Of a DNA stretch of 64,000 nucleotides, positions 28,433 through 43,127 are shown piece by piece. Where the stretch lies: the NCBI RefSeq assembly GCF_006345805.1, contig NC_042997.1, positions 141,236,001-141,300,000 of the forward strand, in the 5' to 3' direction. The notes below the pieces were generated by a model. The model was not told the origin of the DNA and searched no databases. It saw only the letters and a list, made by a program, of their open reading frames with translations. Every line of letters begins with the position of its first letter. Position 1 is the stretch's first letter. Both the position numbers and the translations under genes were made by a program. The stretch comes from Octopus sinensis. Taxonomy: Eukaryota.

Positions 28433-31400
28433 GTGTGGGAGTGTTTGTTCACGACCACCACTTGAAAAACTAATATTCTTCATTTGGTACCGCAGCATTG
28501 CACTTTTTAATTACCGAAACAAGTCAAAGACATCCTACTTTGGAAGAGATAAGGATGTATGAAATAGAGTGCCACCATAGTTCTTCCAACTCCTAAATAC
28601 TTTATGAACTCTGGAGTATCTTAAGCTGGAGCATTCTTCATTCTGCACATTCGAAGATACATATTCTAAGAAGTATTCTTTTCTGTACATAAATTACCTA
28701 AATGACGTACTCGTTGTTACACCTCTCTATACAATAACACACATCAATCTTCCTTAAGAACACATATACATAAGTATTTCACTAGTAACTTAAGCACTTC
28801 ACTCTAAAATCAAGATTACTTCCATACAGAGAGATATTGGATACATTCTTCAACGCACTCATGATTCTATATTTATTAATAAGACTTAATAAGAAAGACA
28901 AAAATAGAATTGTTTACAAACTAGTGATTTACATGTGAATAATGAGAACGGGGATTAACAGATATTATATTATTACTGAATAAAATATAATTGATTGTTT
29001 CTGTTTTGAAATAAGATGGTTGTGTTTATTTTGCTAGATGGATGTGGATTGTTAAGTTATCTGTATAAGTTTCATGAAAACTTTAGGGATGTTTATTTTC
29101 TTTTAAGTGAGTTTATCTTAAGAATAATTTTTAAAAGGGATTGTGAGTAGAGTTTTATTCACTAATATTTTGTTCTACCAGATATTTTTTGACAATCTCC
29201 AGAGGAAACAAAGATTTACGTAGAAAGCTAAGACAAAAACATTTATCATAGAATTTGATCGTTACATGCGTAAACATGTCTCAAAACTTTAAAATCCGTG
29301 TATTACTTTAGAGATAGAATCAGTAAGTCCAGAATTCTGTGTATGCGTGTTTTCCCCCTCGCTCTCTCTTTTACTCAAAACTAGTTTCATGGCTATCCGT
29401 TCCTCCACGAATTCAGACAAAATAGTAACATGGTTTAAATGAAAACTAATAAAAATTATAAGTTTGAGATTTGTTTCCCAATAAAAGTTTAGATAGGGCT
29501 GGCACTATACCTTAAACAAAATAGGAGCACATGTCTGGGAGCATCACACAAAAACTTTGAAGAACTTAGACAAAATTTCTTAATCCTGCTAAAAACACGA
29601 AAACTCGGTAAATACAGAGGACACATATGGGTATTCCCAGAACTGAGGAATATTGAGGACAGGGATGGAGTGTGGCGGTTTAGGTGAGGGACATAAATGC
29701 AGAATATATATGCAAATATTAACTTCTACAAAGGAATATTTCTCAATGACATCAAAGTTTCGGATTTCTTGTGGTCATCAATCTTATGACAGCGAACAAG
29801 CCAAAACTTCGAAGTCGCTACCTTTACTTTGTAAAAGTAAATAAATATGGAATCTTCTAAGATGTATTGAGTAATTCTTCATTTTAATATGAAATTGTGT
29901 TCATATATAACTTTACATACAAAGAAACATTAATATATATGTGTGTGTGTGTGCGTGTTTATGAGTGTGTGTGTGTATGTATGTGTGTGTGCGTGCGCGT
30001 GTGTGTGTGTGTGTGTGTACATACAAGCCCATATGTGGTTATATTATGTTTGAAGGGCCTGGTATTTTGCCAATCTACTTATTTCAATCTGCAACGAAAA
30101 GCTGTTCCAGTCATAAAATTGTTGCCATATTTAAACTTAGAAAGTAAATACAAAAATCCATTTCCTAAGTTGGTTTCATGCCATTACTGTCAATGTCACA
30201 CTGCCACAATGACGTCATCGCACTCTGGTACACTCTTTTTATAGCGATTCGTGTCAGCATTGCATGTGTGTGTTTGTATGTTGAAGTGTCTGACACATGT
30301 GTAAATACATTTATGTACACGTGTATGTGCTGGAATACACTTTATTTTATACAGATTATAAGAAGTCATATTGAGATTTAATTGGTATCCGAAAACAAAA
30401 ATCAGTTTGATACATTTGAAATCCATTGAGTTCGTGTGTTTCTATTTCTAATACATTCGTTTTTCTTTCGTAACTTAAACACGTGATCTGAATAGTGACA
30501 TAACGTCACTTTTTATTGAAAGATTGATATGTATGAAACAAGACATTGTTTCTTCATATAATACTAGATTTAACGTAATGATCGAAAGAGATAGTGGATA
30601 GATAGAGAATATATGGAATAATGCCGGTATGGGAGCGGGAGGTTAATTTTTCAGCAGGATTAATCAATGCATGTGTTTAATACGGTAGATGTATTTATTT
30701 ATAGAAAACGGCCCAACAGAGGGCTCGATCATTTAATCTGTGGCTTACACTACAATGTTGAAAATTGCTTTAATCTCCATACGCACAAAACGTTATCCCC
30801 ACCAAATATTGTTCCCGCATGATGTATTTTGCCATGATATCTTATTCTTTCTGCGTATACCTATCATATACTTTCTTTTAAACTATCGTGGAGTTTGAAG
30901 GGAATTATAGATGTCTCGCATCCTTTGCACTATTTACTCTATTTGCTAGAAAAATCCTCAATTCACTACTCCCTATCAAACAAACACCTATTTACTGCCA
31001 ATATTTTTCCATTCCTTTATCCTTTCGTCTTGATGATGATCATTTGCACGAAATATCGATCTCCTTCTTCGTCCAAAATGACTACTATATTAATTTTGCA
31101 AGTTTTCCATTGTGTCATTTTGTATTACTCGATCCTAACTCCATTTGATTTAACTAGATATCATTACTGCACACGAGATTCTCGACTTAAGCGCAACTAA
31201 TTAATTAGGTGTAATTAATTACAACACGATAGTATTAGTGGTAGCTGTCAAAATAGCGACACAAAGTAAAGTTGATCAGTATGTTGTTAGCGTGTAATTT
31301 GAAGATCAAATGCTATTTCGTATTGCCTGGACAGGATGGTATATGCCACGTCTTCATTTGTATACTCTAAATAAGTAGATGATACCGGTTGTAGACATGC

Positions 31401-31457
31401 TTCAATGATGTATTTATTAATACGATATCTCTCTCCACACACACATACACACATATG

Positions 31458-31850
31458 TAAGAGAAACTGTGCACAGTTGTGGAAATTAGCTGCCCAGTGG
31501 ATGTTAACATAAAGCTGAAGATCAGTAAAAAAGAGAACACCTATGCTGATCTATTGAGAGATTTGCAGTTACTCTATCCGGATTACAAGTTCAGGTTTAT
31601 ATCTGTAATTATTGGGGCCCTGGGATGTGTGGCACACTGCCTAAATCTCAATCTTGAGAAACTAGGATTCTTAGAACCAGAAAAGAGAAAGCTAATTCGA
31701 AGACTACAGATCTAATCCATCACTGGAACTGTAAAAATCTGTAAAAAATTCCAGAAGTTTATCATTTAGATATATATGAGCATGTCTAGATATTCAACTA
31801 TATGCATGAGAATACATACATAAAACATACAAATCTGCACTTATATATAT
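31458..31850 (+). mobile_element. Short 3' end of a second R4/Dong-type REL retrotransposon
   Basis: VEISCPVD...KKENTYADLLRDL...SVIIGALGCV...KICK resembles the REL C-terminus at 1805-2100; fused to a (CA)n tract. Confidence 0.7.
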
Positions 31851-32254
31851 GTAGTGGTCGAGGTAGCTGAGTAATTGAATGATCTTCCTTGCAAGAAAGA
31901 TTACAGAGTAACCTCCATTTTCTAAGTTCCTCGAAGGATCTGTGTTATGAGACTGGTATTTTCAAGAATGTCTAGCGTTCCATTAATAAAAACTGCTTGC
32001 TAAGCCAGCTGTTCACTTCTTAGTCGATTAGACTTAGAGCCATTCACGTCATTGGTATATCCGCCTATTTCTTTACGCCACATGACTGAAAACCACCACT
32101 TAGCTGTTATTTCTACATTTTCTATCTCTGAAATTTATTGCATAGAGTACTTCATGCAACTAGATTCTACATTTTGATTCTATGTATTATCATCCACCAG
32201 TGAATAAAATATATTTTTATGTAGTAAATACATAGATATTGAATTTATTATTCA

Positions 32255-32659
32255 GGGATACACGTTTTTATTAACTTCTATCGACAATTTCTGCGACCAC
32301 ATCACCCTAACATCTGGTCACCTAACACCCCAGACTGCAACCCCATTGATTATTATATGTGGGGCGCAGTTGAGCGAGAGGTCAACAAAGCTCATTGTAA
32401 TACCAAAGACGTATGAAGGCAAACATGATGGCAGCATTCACCAATTTAAAAAGGAGATCGCCTAGAACAGTTGCAGGAGATTCCGAAGTCCTATAGAGGC
32501 CATAGTTGAAGCCGATAGCGATTTTATTAAATAAATTTACTCTTTGGTATTTCAAGATATTTTTATGTAACTTTGGTAAATGTATCTGTTGAAATGAGAT
32601 GTCTGGGTCATTTTCAGTTTTGCGTAATTTCGACGACAATTTATTCACCGCACCCTGTA
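32255..32659 (+). mobile_element. Tc1/mariner superfamily (maT/DD37D-like) 3' fragment
   Basis: WSPNTPDCNPIDYYMWGAVERE...RRFRSPIEAIVEA; right TIR ttattcaccgcaccctgta. Confidence 0.75.
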
Positions 32660-32778
32660 TGTATGACAGACAAACAGACAAATAGACAGACAGACAGGGA
32701 TACTGACAGAGACAGACAGACAGTCAGACAGCGGGGAGAGAGAGAAAGAGAGAAAAAAGACAGACAGATAGATAGAAT

Positions 32779-32815
<37 letters not shown>

Positions 32816-34286
32816 TTAGACAGACAAACAGACAGACATACGTACATATATACATTCATACATATATACACACATACATATATACTCACATACACATACA
32901 TATGTTCTCGTGTTTTTTTATATCCATAGACTTAAAAGTGTGTATGTGTATGTATGCTTGTATGTGCGTATGTTTTTGGATATTTGTAAGACATGCTTAA
33001 ATCTTTGTACGTTATCGTGACTTGTATCGAAGATTGCTTACATACAGATGACAGTACCGGTGTGGCCTTAAGAATGAGAAACGCGTGTTTAATATTAAGT
33101 CTACAGTACAGACTGAACTAAAGATTTTACCAAAGTATTTTGTTGAGAAACATATTTTTCTTTATTTGTTTGAAGTAGTATTGTAACAGTGAGACAGCAG
33201 CAGACAGAAAGCAATTATGTATATCTGACCATTTCGAGTTTTCTGTCTATTTACTTTACTCTCCGCCTAGAAAGTGACACATGGAACGAAATAAGAAAAT
33301 AAGCACGAGATATCGCTATTATTAAAGTACAATAATTTTAAAATGTGAGCTAAGAGAAAATAATTTAAGCTCACATAAGACATGAATTCAGATGATTCAG
33401 GTAAGTAATGATGTGCTGAATGGCAAACTTTAATGAATTATCTCCGAATCGTTTAATGATATTATGAGATATGAGATGTTAACTATTCAATTGTCGCTTT
33501 AGAGTATCCGATCATTTTCACTATTTCATCTGACGCAGATGAGCAGTAACAAAGATATTGCTATTTTCAACGGATATAATTTTTTTTTTTTTTTTGTGGA
33601 TGAGAGAATAGTACAGTGCAATGACTATTTTCAGAGAGTCCGAGACTGGAAGAAGGTAGGAGGGAAGAAAGTTATCCGCAAATTGAAAACAGAACTAGAA
33701 TGGTTGGGACAAAATGGACACCACCGAAAATCCAGATGGAGATGATAAACCGAACAAAAGACTGAGTCTAGCACCCAAAACAGGAATGATCTCAATAGAC
33801 GACGTTCACAGTCTCAGTCGAATAAATTTCACATAATAAGGATACTATAATGGTCCCGCCTATTATAATGTCATATTGTATTTGTGAGATTGATGGAGGT
33901 TTATGAACGTTTGCCAGACCCTCTGAGTTGAAAGCACGATTAACTATAGAGTTGTAGGTTACAGATCTTGTAAGGAAAGAGCATTACTTAATTATATGTA
34001 TCTAGGTGTACAGCAAAAATAATACAGGAGAATGAAACACTGTCACATTTTTATATTGAATGCAAATAAGCATATTAGAGGAATTTTACAAACAGGTAAA
34101 ACCAATGTGTAAGGTTAGCCACACCGGCCGTGAAATTTTTACTGTCAGAACCAGGAATATAGTATTGAGTTTGATACCTTACAAGAGTTGGATTGAATTA
34201 CTTATCTGAAGTTACATAATATGTATATACAATTTCTATAGGTACATCCATTATATAATTGCAATGCATCCAGATCTTTCTATAAG

Positions 34287-34343
<57 letters not shown>

Positions 34344-34344
34344 T

Positions 34345-35800
34345 GTCTGTGTGTGTGTGGTGTATTCTCTCTGCAATTTGATCTGCATTGGGTAAAACCG
34401 ACCACCGTCTGTCCAGCACTTTTGCAAGGTTCCTCAAAAACATCCAAGTTGAAGAGGTATCACCTGTCTCTCGAGAGTGAGTTCCGCTCCGCAGATCATT
34501 CCACCCAATCTCCCACTGTGTTCGGCTTGGTTTTCTACACTGTGTCCCCACTGCTTTTCTTCAGAAGGATGAGAAGTTAATCTCTCTCCAAAAATACACC
34601 CTCTTTGATTTAAATTCACCATCTCCTTTTTACTTGTACTCCCCTCAACCTGCTCCAACAATTTACCTTGATTCTCCAGCCTTTCTCTATACTGCCTGCA
34701 ACTTCAACTCATACTATTTCCACCCTCTCAACCATATCTCACCTTTCACCACCCTCACTCTTACATACACCCTAAACATAAAAGAAGTTTCACACATACA
34801 TACATGTACACTCACTCAACTCTTCGGCACTCCAGTTTTGTCTGAGACTTTTAAATCACCCTTGCCTCCGACTCTTCCGCATTTCACCTCTGATTGACTG
34901 CTACTCAATTTTTCACTTGCCATCAATACGAAGAAATAACCATATTATTTTTCCCTCAACTTCTCTCCTCTACTATCCAGCCTTCTTTCAAAAAACTCTA
35001 ATTTTGCTCTTTCTACTATTTCCTTTTTACGCATCGTGCGCATAAAATGTTTTTCACCTGTTCACCACAGACATTTTTTCTTTGCATTTTACCTGTCTCT
35101 TTATGGCAGTTATCTCCTCTGTTCGAAGATTTTACCAGTTTCTTACTATCTTCTAGACGCTCTACGAAACTCTCCGGACCTTTTTATCATTCTTGTGTAA
35201 TTTTTATCAATTTCTTCCGCTTGTCTGCTCTTTCCAAAATTCATACTATTTTCGCTCCTTTTCAAATTTTACTTTCAACCATCGCTCTTTGTTAACAAAA
35301 ACTTGTTCACATCTCTACGTACTTATGTTATGCATTTGTACATACATCAGTAACATCTTTCATATTGATCTTGCCGTCTCATATTCTTTAATAATATCTC
35401 TATTCTATCGCACTCGCACCCACTTTTATTTCCTCACATATACACGCTCTCATACCACCAACAAAACTATTATATACATACACTCTAACAAACAAACACC
35501 AATATACTTCCACATTTTCACACCTCTATACACAAACATGCACCAGACTAATACACACACATCACTTTGTTATTCTTGCTCTAAGATACAACTGCACTCT
35601 GACATCTACACACTCATCCTTTGGCCCTTTCGAAACCCACCATAGAATAGTATTGGTACCTGGTTCTGATCCTTTGCCTGTTCTAACCCTTGTTTCAGTG
35701 GTTAATTCTCTTTTGCATTCATTCTTTACTTCTTTCTTTTGCTAAAGTACTAATGTCCGAATTGTTAAGACATATTCTCTTACAATTTAAGTTTTAAGTT
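34345..35800. other. Pyrimidine-skewed (C-rich, G-poor) complex sequence, probably an old retroelement remnant
   Basis: Strong strand asymmetry by eye, starts at a (TA)/(GT) boundary, no interpretable protein motif. Confidence 0.3.
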
Positions 35801-36693
35801 AATACCATATTTGCCAAACATTTTTTTATTTGTTGTCTAGTCTTTTTTATCATTCATTGTATTTATACTATATACACATATATATGTATGTGTACGCATG
35901 TGAGTGTGTGTGTATTCATACACATGCATCAGGTAATAGATAGTGCCCATGGTTTTGAGAATAATGAATGTTAATCCGTTACACACGTGACGGATCAGAA
36001 TTCTATAGCTGAAGTCAAATGTGATAGTGTAAAAAACAGAATCTCAGTTTGAATTTACAAGTGAGAGATCAAAACCATACCAAAAAACTGGAGTGTATTG
36101 TATATTCAAAGCACAGATGAATTAATTTAACCGATTAAACGTTAACTTGATGTATAATTAACATAACCACGAACAGAGTTACAACATTGTCATATTGTTT
36201 CGCTTTATTTCCCTAGGTGGTAGTAAAAGAATATCCTATACTACATTAGTCTTTTCTTGAAATAAATAACAAAATAAAAGTCTTTAGCTAACCGTGATTC
36301 ACAGATTTTTCCGTGCATTGACGCTGATTGTTTGAGCACAAAAGAATAGGAAGTAGACGGTTAGCTACGAACACGCAAAAGAAATGAAAAAACTTGGTAA
36401 GGTTTCCTTTAAAAAAGTCATATATATTTTTTTTATATATAGTTTATATAGTTTGTGTAGTTGGATTTGGTCTCTTCTGATCATGGGTGACTTAATGTCT
36501 ATTGTTTTATTATTCTGAAGAAAAGTTGAAAGAAAGAATTGATTGCTGACCTGTAACTTACCGACGTACGTTAGCTGAAAAAAAAAAGTTATAACATATT
36601 AACACATGCATATTCGCACAGCACATACATAGATGTTTGTATATACACACACGCGCGCACACATACACACACATATGTATAAATATATATATA

Positions 36694-36752
<59 letters not shown>

Positions 36753-36889
36753 TACAGACAGACAGACAAACAGAGATAGAGAGAGAGACGGGGAGAGACA
36801 GAGAGAGAAAAAGACAAACAGACAAGCAGACAGACAAACGGACAGAGAGGCAAACGGACAGACATACATACAAACTGATAGATAGATAT

Positions 36890-36953
<64 letters not shown>

Positions 36954-37037
36954 GTGTGTGCCGTACCTTGATATGAGACAACTCAGAGTATAAAAATTGC
37001 TTCATTATAGAATGATTATAACCATTAAACACACACA

Positions 37038-37100
<63 letters not shown>

Positions 37101-37974
37101 TTGTATTCAATTGTGTTTTAAAAATTGTGTTTTAAAAATACTTTACTTTATATTACTGTCACTTAATAATAGTATTAAAACGGTTACGTTTTCAACTATA
37201 ACAGAATGATTTAAACACGCATACACGCACAGACATAGTTTTGTACATTGTGAGTCATGCTTTCTATAAAACACACGCACATTCCTTTTATATTTCAGTT
37301 AACTAATGAATTAATTATTAAATTAATCAAATAATTAATTGATGTGTCAAAGTCCTTTTGTCGAGTGCAGTGAATTTGCCGGTGACATATCTCTCTTCCT
37401 ATTACTCCGCGCTGGCATTCTTTCACTCTGTGATCCCAGTTACTCTCTCAAAATGGTAATAATGAGTATTTCCGTACATGGAATTTACATCACATCGTCT
37501 ATGTTTGTATGTGTGTGTATATATGTGTGTACGAGTGTGCGTGAGTGTGTGAGTGTGTATGTGTGTGTGAATTGGTGTGCGTGTGTGTGTGTGTAATTTT
37601 CACTCTGTACTACGTGTGCTACTTGTATAGATAATCACACATAACAACATCACTCTAATTGAAATTACACGTACGGTACTCACTTGGAGGTTTAACTTTA
37701 TAATTATTTACCTATTATAAAGTACCTCGATGCGAAGAGTGAGTGTATACTGTTTCAATGTAAGCGCATGAAAAACTCTTTACGAAGCAAAAGAGTTTGA
37801 CAAAGAGACTTTGACAAATTAATTGACAGGATAATTAATTAATTAAGCACTGATAGAGGGGAAGTGAAGTACAAAACGTGGGTGTGTTCGCTTAATTGCC
37901 CGTATAACCCTACCAATGTATGACGATATCTGTTTCAAAATATTCCTCATTAAGAATCCTGCCAATTGCGTAAA

Positions 37975-38141
37975 AAAATAATATATACATGCATACATAC
38001 ATACATATATGCATGCATACATACATACATACATACATACATACATACATACATACATACATACATACACACATGCATGCATGCATGCATGCATGCATAC
38101 ATACATACATACATACATACATACATACATACATACATACA

Positions 38142-38173
<32 letters not shown>

Positions 38174-38180
38174 CATACAC
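37975..38180. repeat. (ACAT)n/(GCAT)n microsatellite
   Basis: Seen directly. Confidence 0.95.
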
Positions 38181-38689
38181 ACTCACTTGAGGACCGAAAC
38201 TTCTGGAAAGGACTTGACCATATGACTGTAAGCCGGGTAATTTTGGCAGAGCAATTTGCTTTCCAGTTTGAATGTGGCTCCATGTTGTAAAAGCTATCTC
38301 TTTGGAATCATGACAATAGCGTTGATGGTATTGTTGACATAATTATACTGTCGACGAAAATCAAAGTAAATGGGGGTAAAAAGGTAAAGAAAGGATAAAA
38401 GTTATAATGAGGAGGAGGGAAGGAAGTGGAGAAGTTGGAGGAAAAGGAGGAGGAGGAGCTGGTGCAGCAGCAGCAGGAAAATTATGTGAAGGTAGAAGGG
38501 GATAAGGAATTGGTGATAGATTATTAAGATATAATTAAGAGTAATTGATATCATGTCGGCATGTGTGACTGAGCTGCGAGCCAAACATTTAATAAGAGAA
38601 TATCTACGAACACCACAATTCTGATGTTCATGCTTATGATGATGATGACGGCGACGATTATTATTATTATTATTGTTATTGTTGTTATT

Positions 38690-38728
<39 letters not shown>

Positions 38729-38974
38729 ATTATTATTAATTAAGTGCCAGTGAAATACCGGGCTCGATGTAATCGACTTATCACTTCCCCCCAAATGGCT
38801 GCTCTTGTGGCAAAATATGAAGCTATGAGACATCGCACAGTATACAATATCTCATGAGGTTGTTGACTGAAGATACTGTGTCTGCCGAGGGTTTGTAATG
38901 ATTATCAAGTCACAACAAGGACCTCTGACAGACAATACTTTACGCAATATGCATGCAGTTCCAAGTATCCTTAT

Positions 38975-39410
38975 TAAGGTGGCAAGCGTGCAGAATCATT
39001 ACCGCGCCGGACAAAAATGGTTAGCAGCATTTCTTTCGGCTTTACGTTCTTAGTTCAAATGTCACCGAGGTCGACTTTGCTTTTCATCCTTTAGGGTAGA
39101 TAAAACAAGTATCAGTGGAACACTGGGTGGACGTAATCGATTTGACCCCTCCTACAAAATTTCAACTCACGTGACTATAAGAAAAATATTACTTTATGAT
39201 TGGCAGACTGGCAGAACCCTTAACACTGTGGACGAAATGCTTACAAGCATCTTTTCCGGTTCTTAATGTTCTGAGTTCAAATTTAGCCAAAATCGAGTTT
39301 ACTTTTCAGCCTTTCAGAGTGGATGAAATAAGACCAGCAGGGCACTGCAGTCGATATAATCGACTAACCCTCTCCCCAAAATTTCAGGCCTTGTGCCTCT
39401 AGCACAAATG
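38975..39410 (+). mobile_element. Two head-to-tail SINE family A copies
   Basis: aaggtggcaagcgtgcagaatc and gattggcagactggcagaacc heads. Confidence 0.7.
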
Positions 39411-39426
39411 ATTATCAAACTGGAAC

Positions 39427-39725
39427 TCCGTCGGTTACGACGATGAGCGTTCCATTTGAGCCAACAAACAGAACAGCCTGCTCATGAAATTAATGTGTTA
39501 ATGGCTGAGCACTTCACAGACACGCGTACCCTTAATGTAGTTCTCAAGGAGATTCCGCGTGACACAGAATGTTAGCCCTTTGAATTACAGATACTCCTCA
39601 TTTTTGCCAGCTGAGTGGACTGGAGCAATGTGAAATAAAGTGTCTTGCTGAAGGATATAACGTGCCACTGCTTTTCGAACTCACAACCTTACGTTCGTGA
39701 ACCGAAAATCCTAACCACTAAACCG
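39427..39725 (-). mobile_element. SINE family C
   Basis: Reverse complement of 62568-62890 along its length. Confidence 0.8.
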
Positions 39726-40812
39726 ATAATAATTATGGTAAAGATGAAGGTGATGATATCAATAATGATGTTTTTGCCTGAGATATTAACAAATGCCATT
39801 TTAAAGAAAAGCATAACCCGCTACACTTACACAGAAAAACATGTAGGCAGGTGGAGAGACAGATACACTCCCTCTCACTCTATATCTCTCTCTTTAACAC
39901 ACACACACACATAGAGAATGAAAGAGAAATATGGTTGCCAAACAGCTATTCATAAGTCACTTCACTGTTTTTGATAACAGTAATTTTTCTGTTTCTAAAC
40001 TTAGCTTTCGCAAATAACAAAATTAAATAAATATATATAAAGTAATAAACAAAAATAAGAAAACAAAGCTAGTTATACCTTGTTGTGATAGGAAGAATAT
40101 TTCCATGGAAATTAAGGTGGCGTCAGTTGCATTTTAATTCCAACAGCAGTGCAATAAAGTCATTAGTTTTAGCTGTCCAGAAAAGTTAAGCACGGCCAGC
40201 AATGAAGTCGTTAATTATGTAACAGTCAACTAGAGAATAGAGCAGTTGTGGTCATGAAGATAACTAGTTTGCCAAAAGGGAATTTAATAATACATTTTGT
40301 TAGTAGCGGAAGAAAAAACATTTCAGTGTTGGGGGGAAACTCTGACATTTAATTTCCAGCTCGTCGGCTTTCGTTTGCGAATCAGCCGCTAAAAGATGAC
40401 GATAACGACAGAACGAACGGCGACGATGAAGACCACGCCTATGATAACGACGACGACAACAGCGACAATGACAGGTATAGTGGCGATGATTATGATGGTC
40501 ATGATCAAGAAGGAGAAGAAGAAGATCATGATCATGATGATGGTTGTCTCCGAAATGCTCGTCCACGCCATATTCTAACAAAGAGGGCTGAAGTCGTTGC
40601 AGTTGCCGTTGGCCAATTTTCATTCTCTTTCGACTTGATGAGGAGCAATAAAGCCATGAACCACCACCCGGTGATATTTGCTTCAATTATCCAATGAATA
40701 CATTATCCCTTTATTTGTATGGCCTTTGTTATTTAATCCCAAAACAGAATTGAGCAGCCATACGGTCAAAGGTGTTGCAACTGTCACCATCCTCTTGAGT
40801 GTGTGTTTTGTA

Positions 40813-40844
<32 letters not shown>

Positions 40845-40920
40845 TGTGTGTGTGTGTGTGGTGTGTGGTGTGTGCGTGTGTGTGCGTGGGGGTGAGTATT
40901 GTGTAACTAGATCTCCATCG

Positions 40921-41250
40921 GCCAACGGTGTCTTCCTTTTTTAAGACAGTACGATTTAATTTATGGAAAATTTGGTTCGATTTCAAGTAAGCCGACTGAA
41001 CTCATAGAGGCGGACTCGCGGTCGGAGGATCGCCGTTTCGATTTCCAGACCAGGCGTTGTTTGTGTTTATCGAGCGAAAAATCTAAAAACCTCCACGATG
41101 CTCCGGCAGAGGGTGGTGACGACCCTTGTTGTACTATTTCGCCACAACTTTCTCTCACTCTCTCTTCTTACTTCTTGAGTAACGCTGCGATGGATTGGCG
41201 TCCCGTCCAGCTGAGGGGAAGACATACGCCACAGAAACCGGGAAATTGGG
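40921..41250. promoter_or_regulatory. CpG-rich non-repetitive island (possible promoter or first exon)
   Basis: 24 CpG counted in ~330 bp in an AT-rich window; candidate donor caa|gtaagc at ~40987. Confidence 0.3.
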
Positions 41251-41387
41251 CCCATGAACTGGCTAGGCTTGAAAAAGGCAGAAAAAATATATATATGGGG
41301 GAGAATTCACAAAAAAACAAAAGACGAAGACAAGTGATGTAGACAACAAACAGATGTATTAGTTTAACGCTCGGGAAGTGAAAAAGT

Positions 41388-41423
41388 CTTTAACGTTTCG
41401 AGCCTACACTCTTCCACAGAAAG
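41388..41423 (-). ncRNA. Minimal Penelope-type hammerhead-like motif (A6U variant)
   Basis: Minus: cttt-CTGTGGA-a-gagt gtag gctc-GAAA-cg-TT-aaag; within a TA-flanked module at ~41296-41484. Confidence 0.45.
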
Positions 41424-41535
41424 GAACCCAAAAAGAAACAAGTAGAGGGGAAAAAAGAATGTGTAGTGGCTAGCGATCTGTCATGATATATTATATATAT
41501 ATTTATATATATATATATGTTTATATATATGTATG

Positions 41536-41574
<39 letters not shown>

Positions 41575-41609
41575 GTTTATATATATGTATGTATATACAT
41601 ATATATATA

Positions 41610-41642
<33 letters not shown>

Positions 41643-42207
41643 CATACACTCATACACATGCATACTTACAGGTATGTGTACATTTTGTACGTTTCAAGCT
41701 ACGTCTGCGCGTTAGTGTCACGTGACAATGTTTATTGCGCCTAAAAAGAAAGCCGACACGGTTGAGGGAGCATGTTTAGTTACATTCAAGGCACTCCTAG
41801 TTTAATCTGTCTGGTGGGAGAGTGGACAGGAGTCATTTGTATGTAGTGCAGTGACTAAAGTTTAAATTGTTAGCTGTGTAGGTTCATCATAAGTAACAGA
41901 ATGAGTTTTGTGTGTGAATAGTTATTTGTGTTAAAGTTTGTTATGCCTTAGTTTGTACTTAACTTACGACGCCAAATATTATCACTTGATTCTAACACAC
42001 GGATGTAGCGGGGAACCTACAAAAATTCCTAAGACCACTCATGTGACTATCCTCTACCAATCAAGTCCTATTCAAAACATATACTAATTTGAGCCATGAA
42101 CCTCCCTATAAAAATAGGGAAAGCTTCAAATACTAGTCAGAAGCAATACAGCTGAGACATGAGTCACGTCTTTCTATTTCAACTTTTGAAAATCAATGTA
42201 TATATTT

Positions 42208-42530
42208 ATTTCTTTATTGACCACAGGGAGCTAAACTTAGAGGGGGGTAAACAACGACAGACAAACGGATTAAGTCGATTACATCGACGTCAGTGCGTAA
42301 CTGGTACTTAATTTATCGACCCCGAAAGGATGAAAGGCAAAGTCGACCTCGGCGGAATTTGAGCTCAGAAAACTCAGAACGTAACGGCAAACGAAATACC
42401 TATTTCTTTACTACCCACAAGGGGCAAACAAAGACAAACAAACAAAGACGGACAAACGGATTAAGTCTATTACATCGACCTCAGTGCGTAACTGGTACTT
42501 AATTTATCGACCCCGAAAGGATGGAGACCG
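42208..42530 (-). mobile_element. Composite (multimeric) SINE family A with linker
   Basis: Repeated SINE 3' halves joined by the ...gacagacaaacggattaa linker. Confidence 0.7.
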
Positions 42531-43127
42531 ACCTTGGAAATAAATGTTATATAATACTTTTATATAGTACATTTGAGGTGTCACTAAGAAATGATTATTT
42601 TGCCGTCAGTAGGCCACTGTAATCAGAATGTTTCGACGATATTTAAATATAAAATTTAAATATAAAAGTTTTGAAATATCCTTGAACATATCTTTTATCA
42701 TGATGAATTGAAATTTATTGTTCCAGACAATTTTATCCAAGATATTTGCCAATCACAGTATTGGAGAATTAAATTGAACGAATGTCATCTTCCAGTAAAA
42801 TTCAGTTAGCTCGCTCCCGTACTAAAAATAGAATAATTATTCCAAACTGTATTAGAGACATAAAAATATTCGGACGCGTGTCTCTATAAAGCTGAGAAAC
42901 ATTCCGATGTGAATGATACCCAGTCGCCGAGTAATGAGGATAATGATGGAAATTTATATAACGATGACAAAAATGATGTACATTTTGTTTTGGCGATTTT
43001 ATTTTATTCCATAATTAAAATTACCTCATTAAACTTAACATGCCTGAATGATTCGGTGCATGTACATTTAATTCAAATATAATTTGCTCCAATGCGGATG
43101 ATTCGTTAATATATATATAGCTTATTT

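Noticed and set aside
29500-29640. Third REL-LINE tip (IGAH...KTLKNLDKI)
   Set aside because: Similarity too short and degenerate to support
33271-33406. Candidate exon (cctag acceptor, cag|gtaagt donor, ATG near the end)
   Set aside because: All three frames are closed and the nearest downstream acceptor gives an immediate stop; no support without RNA data
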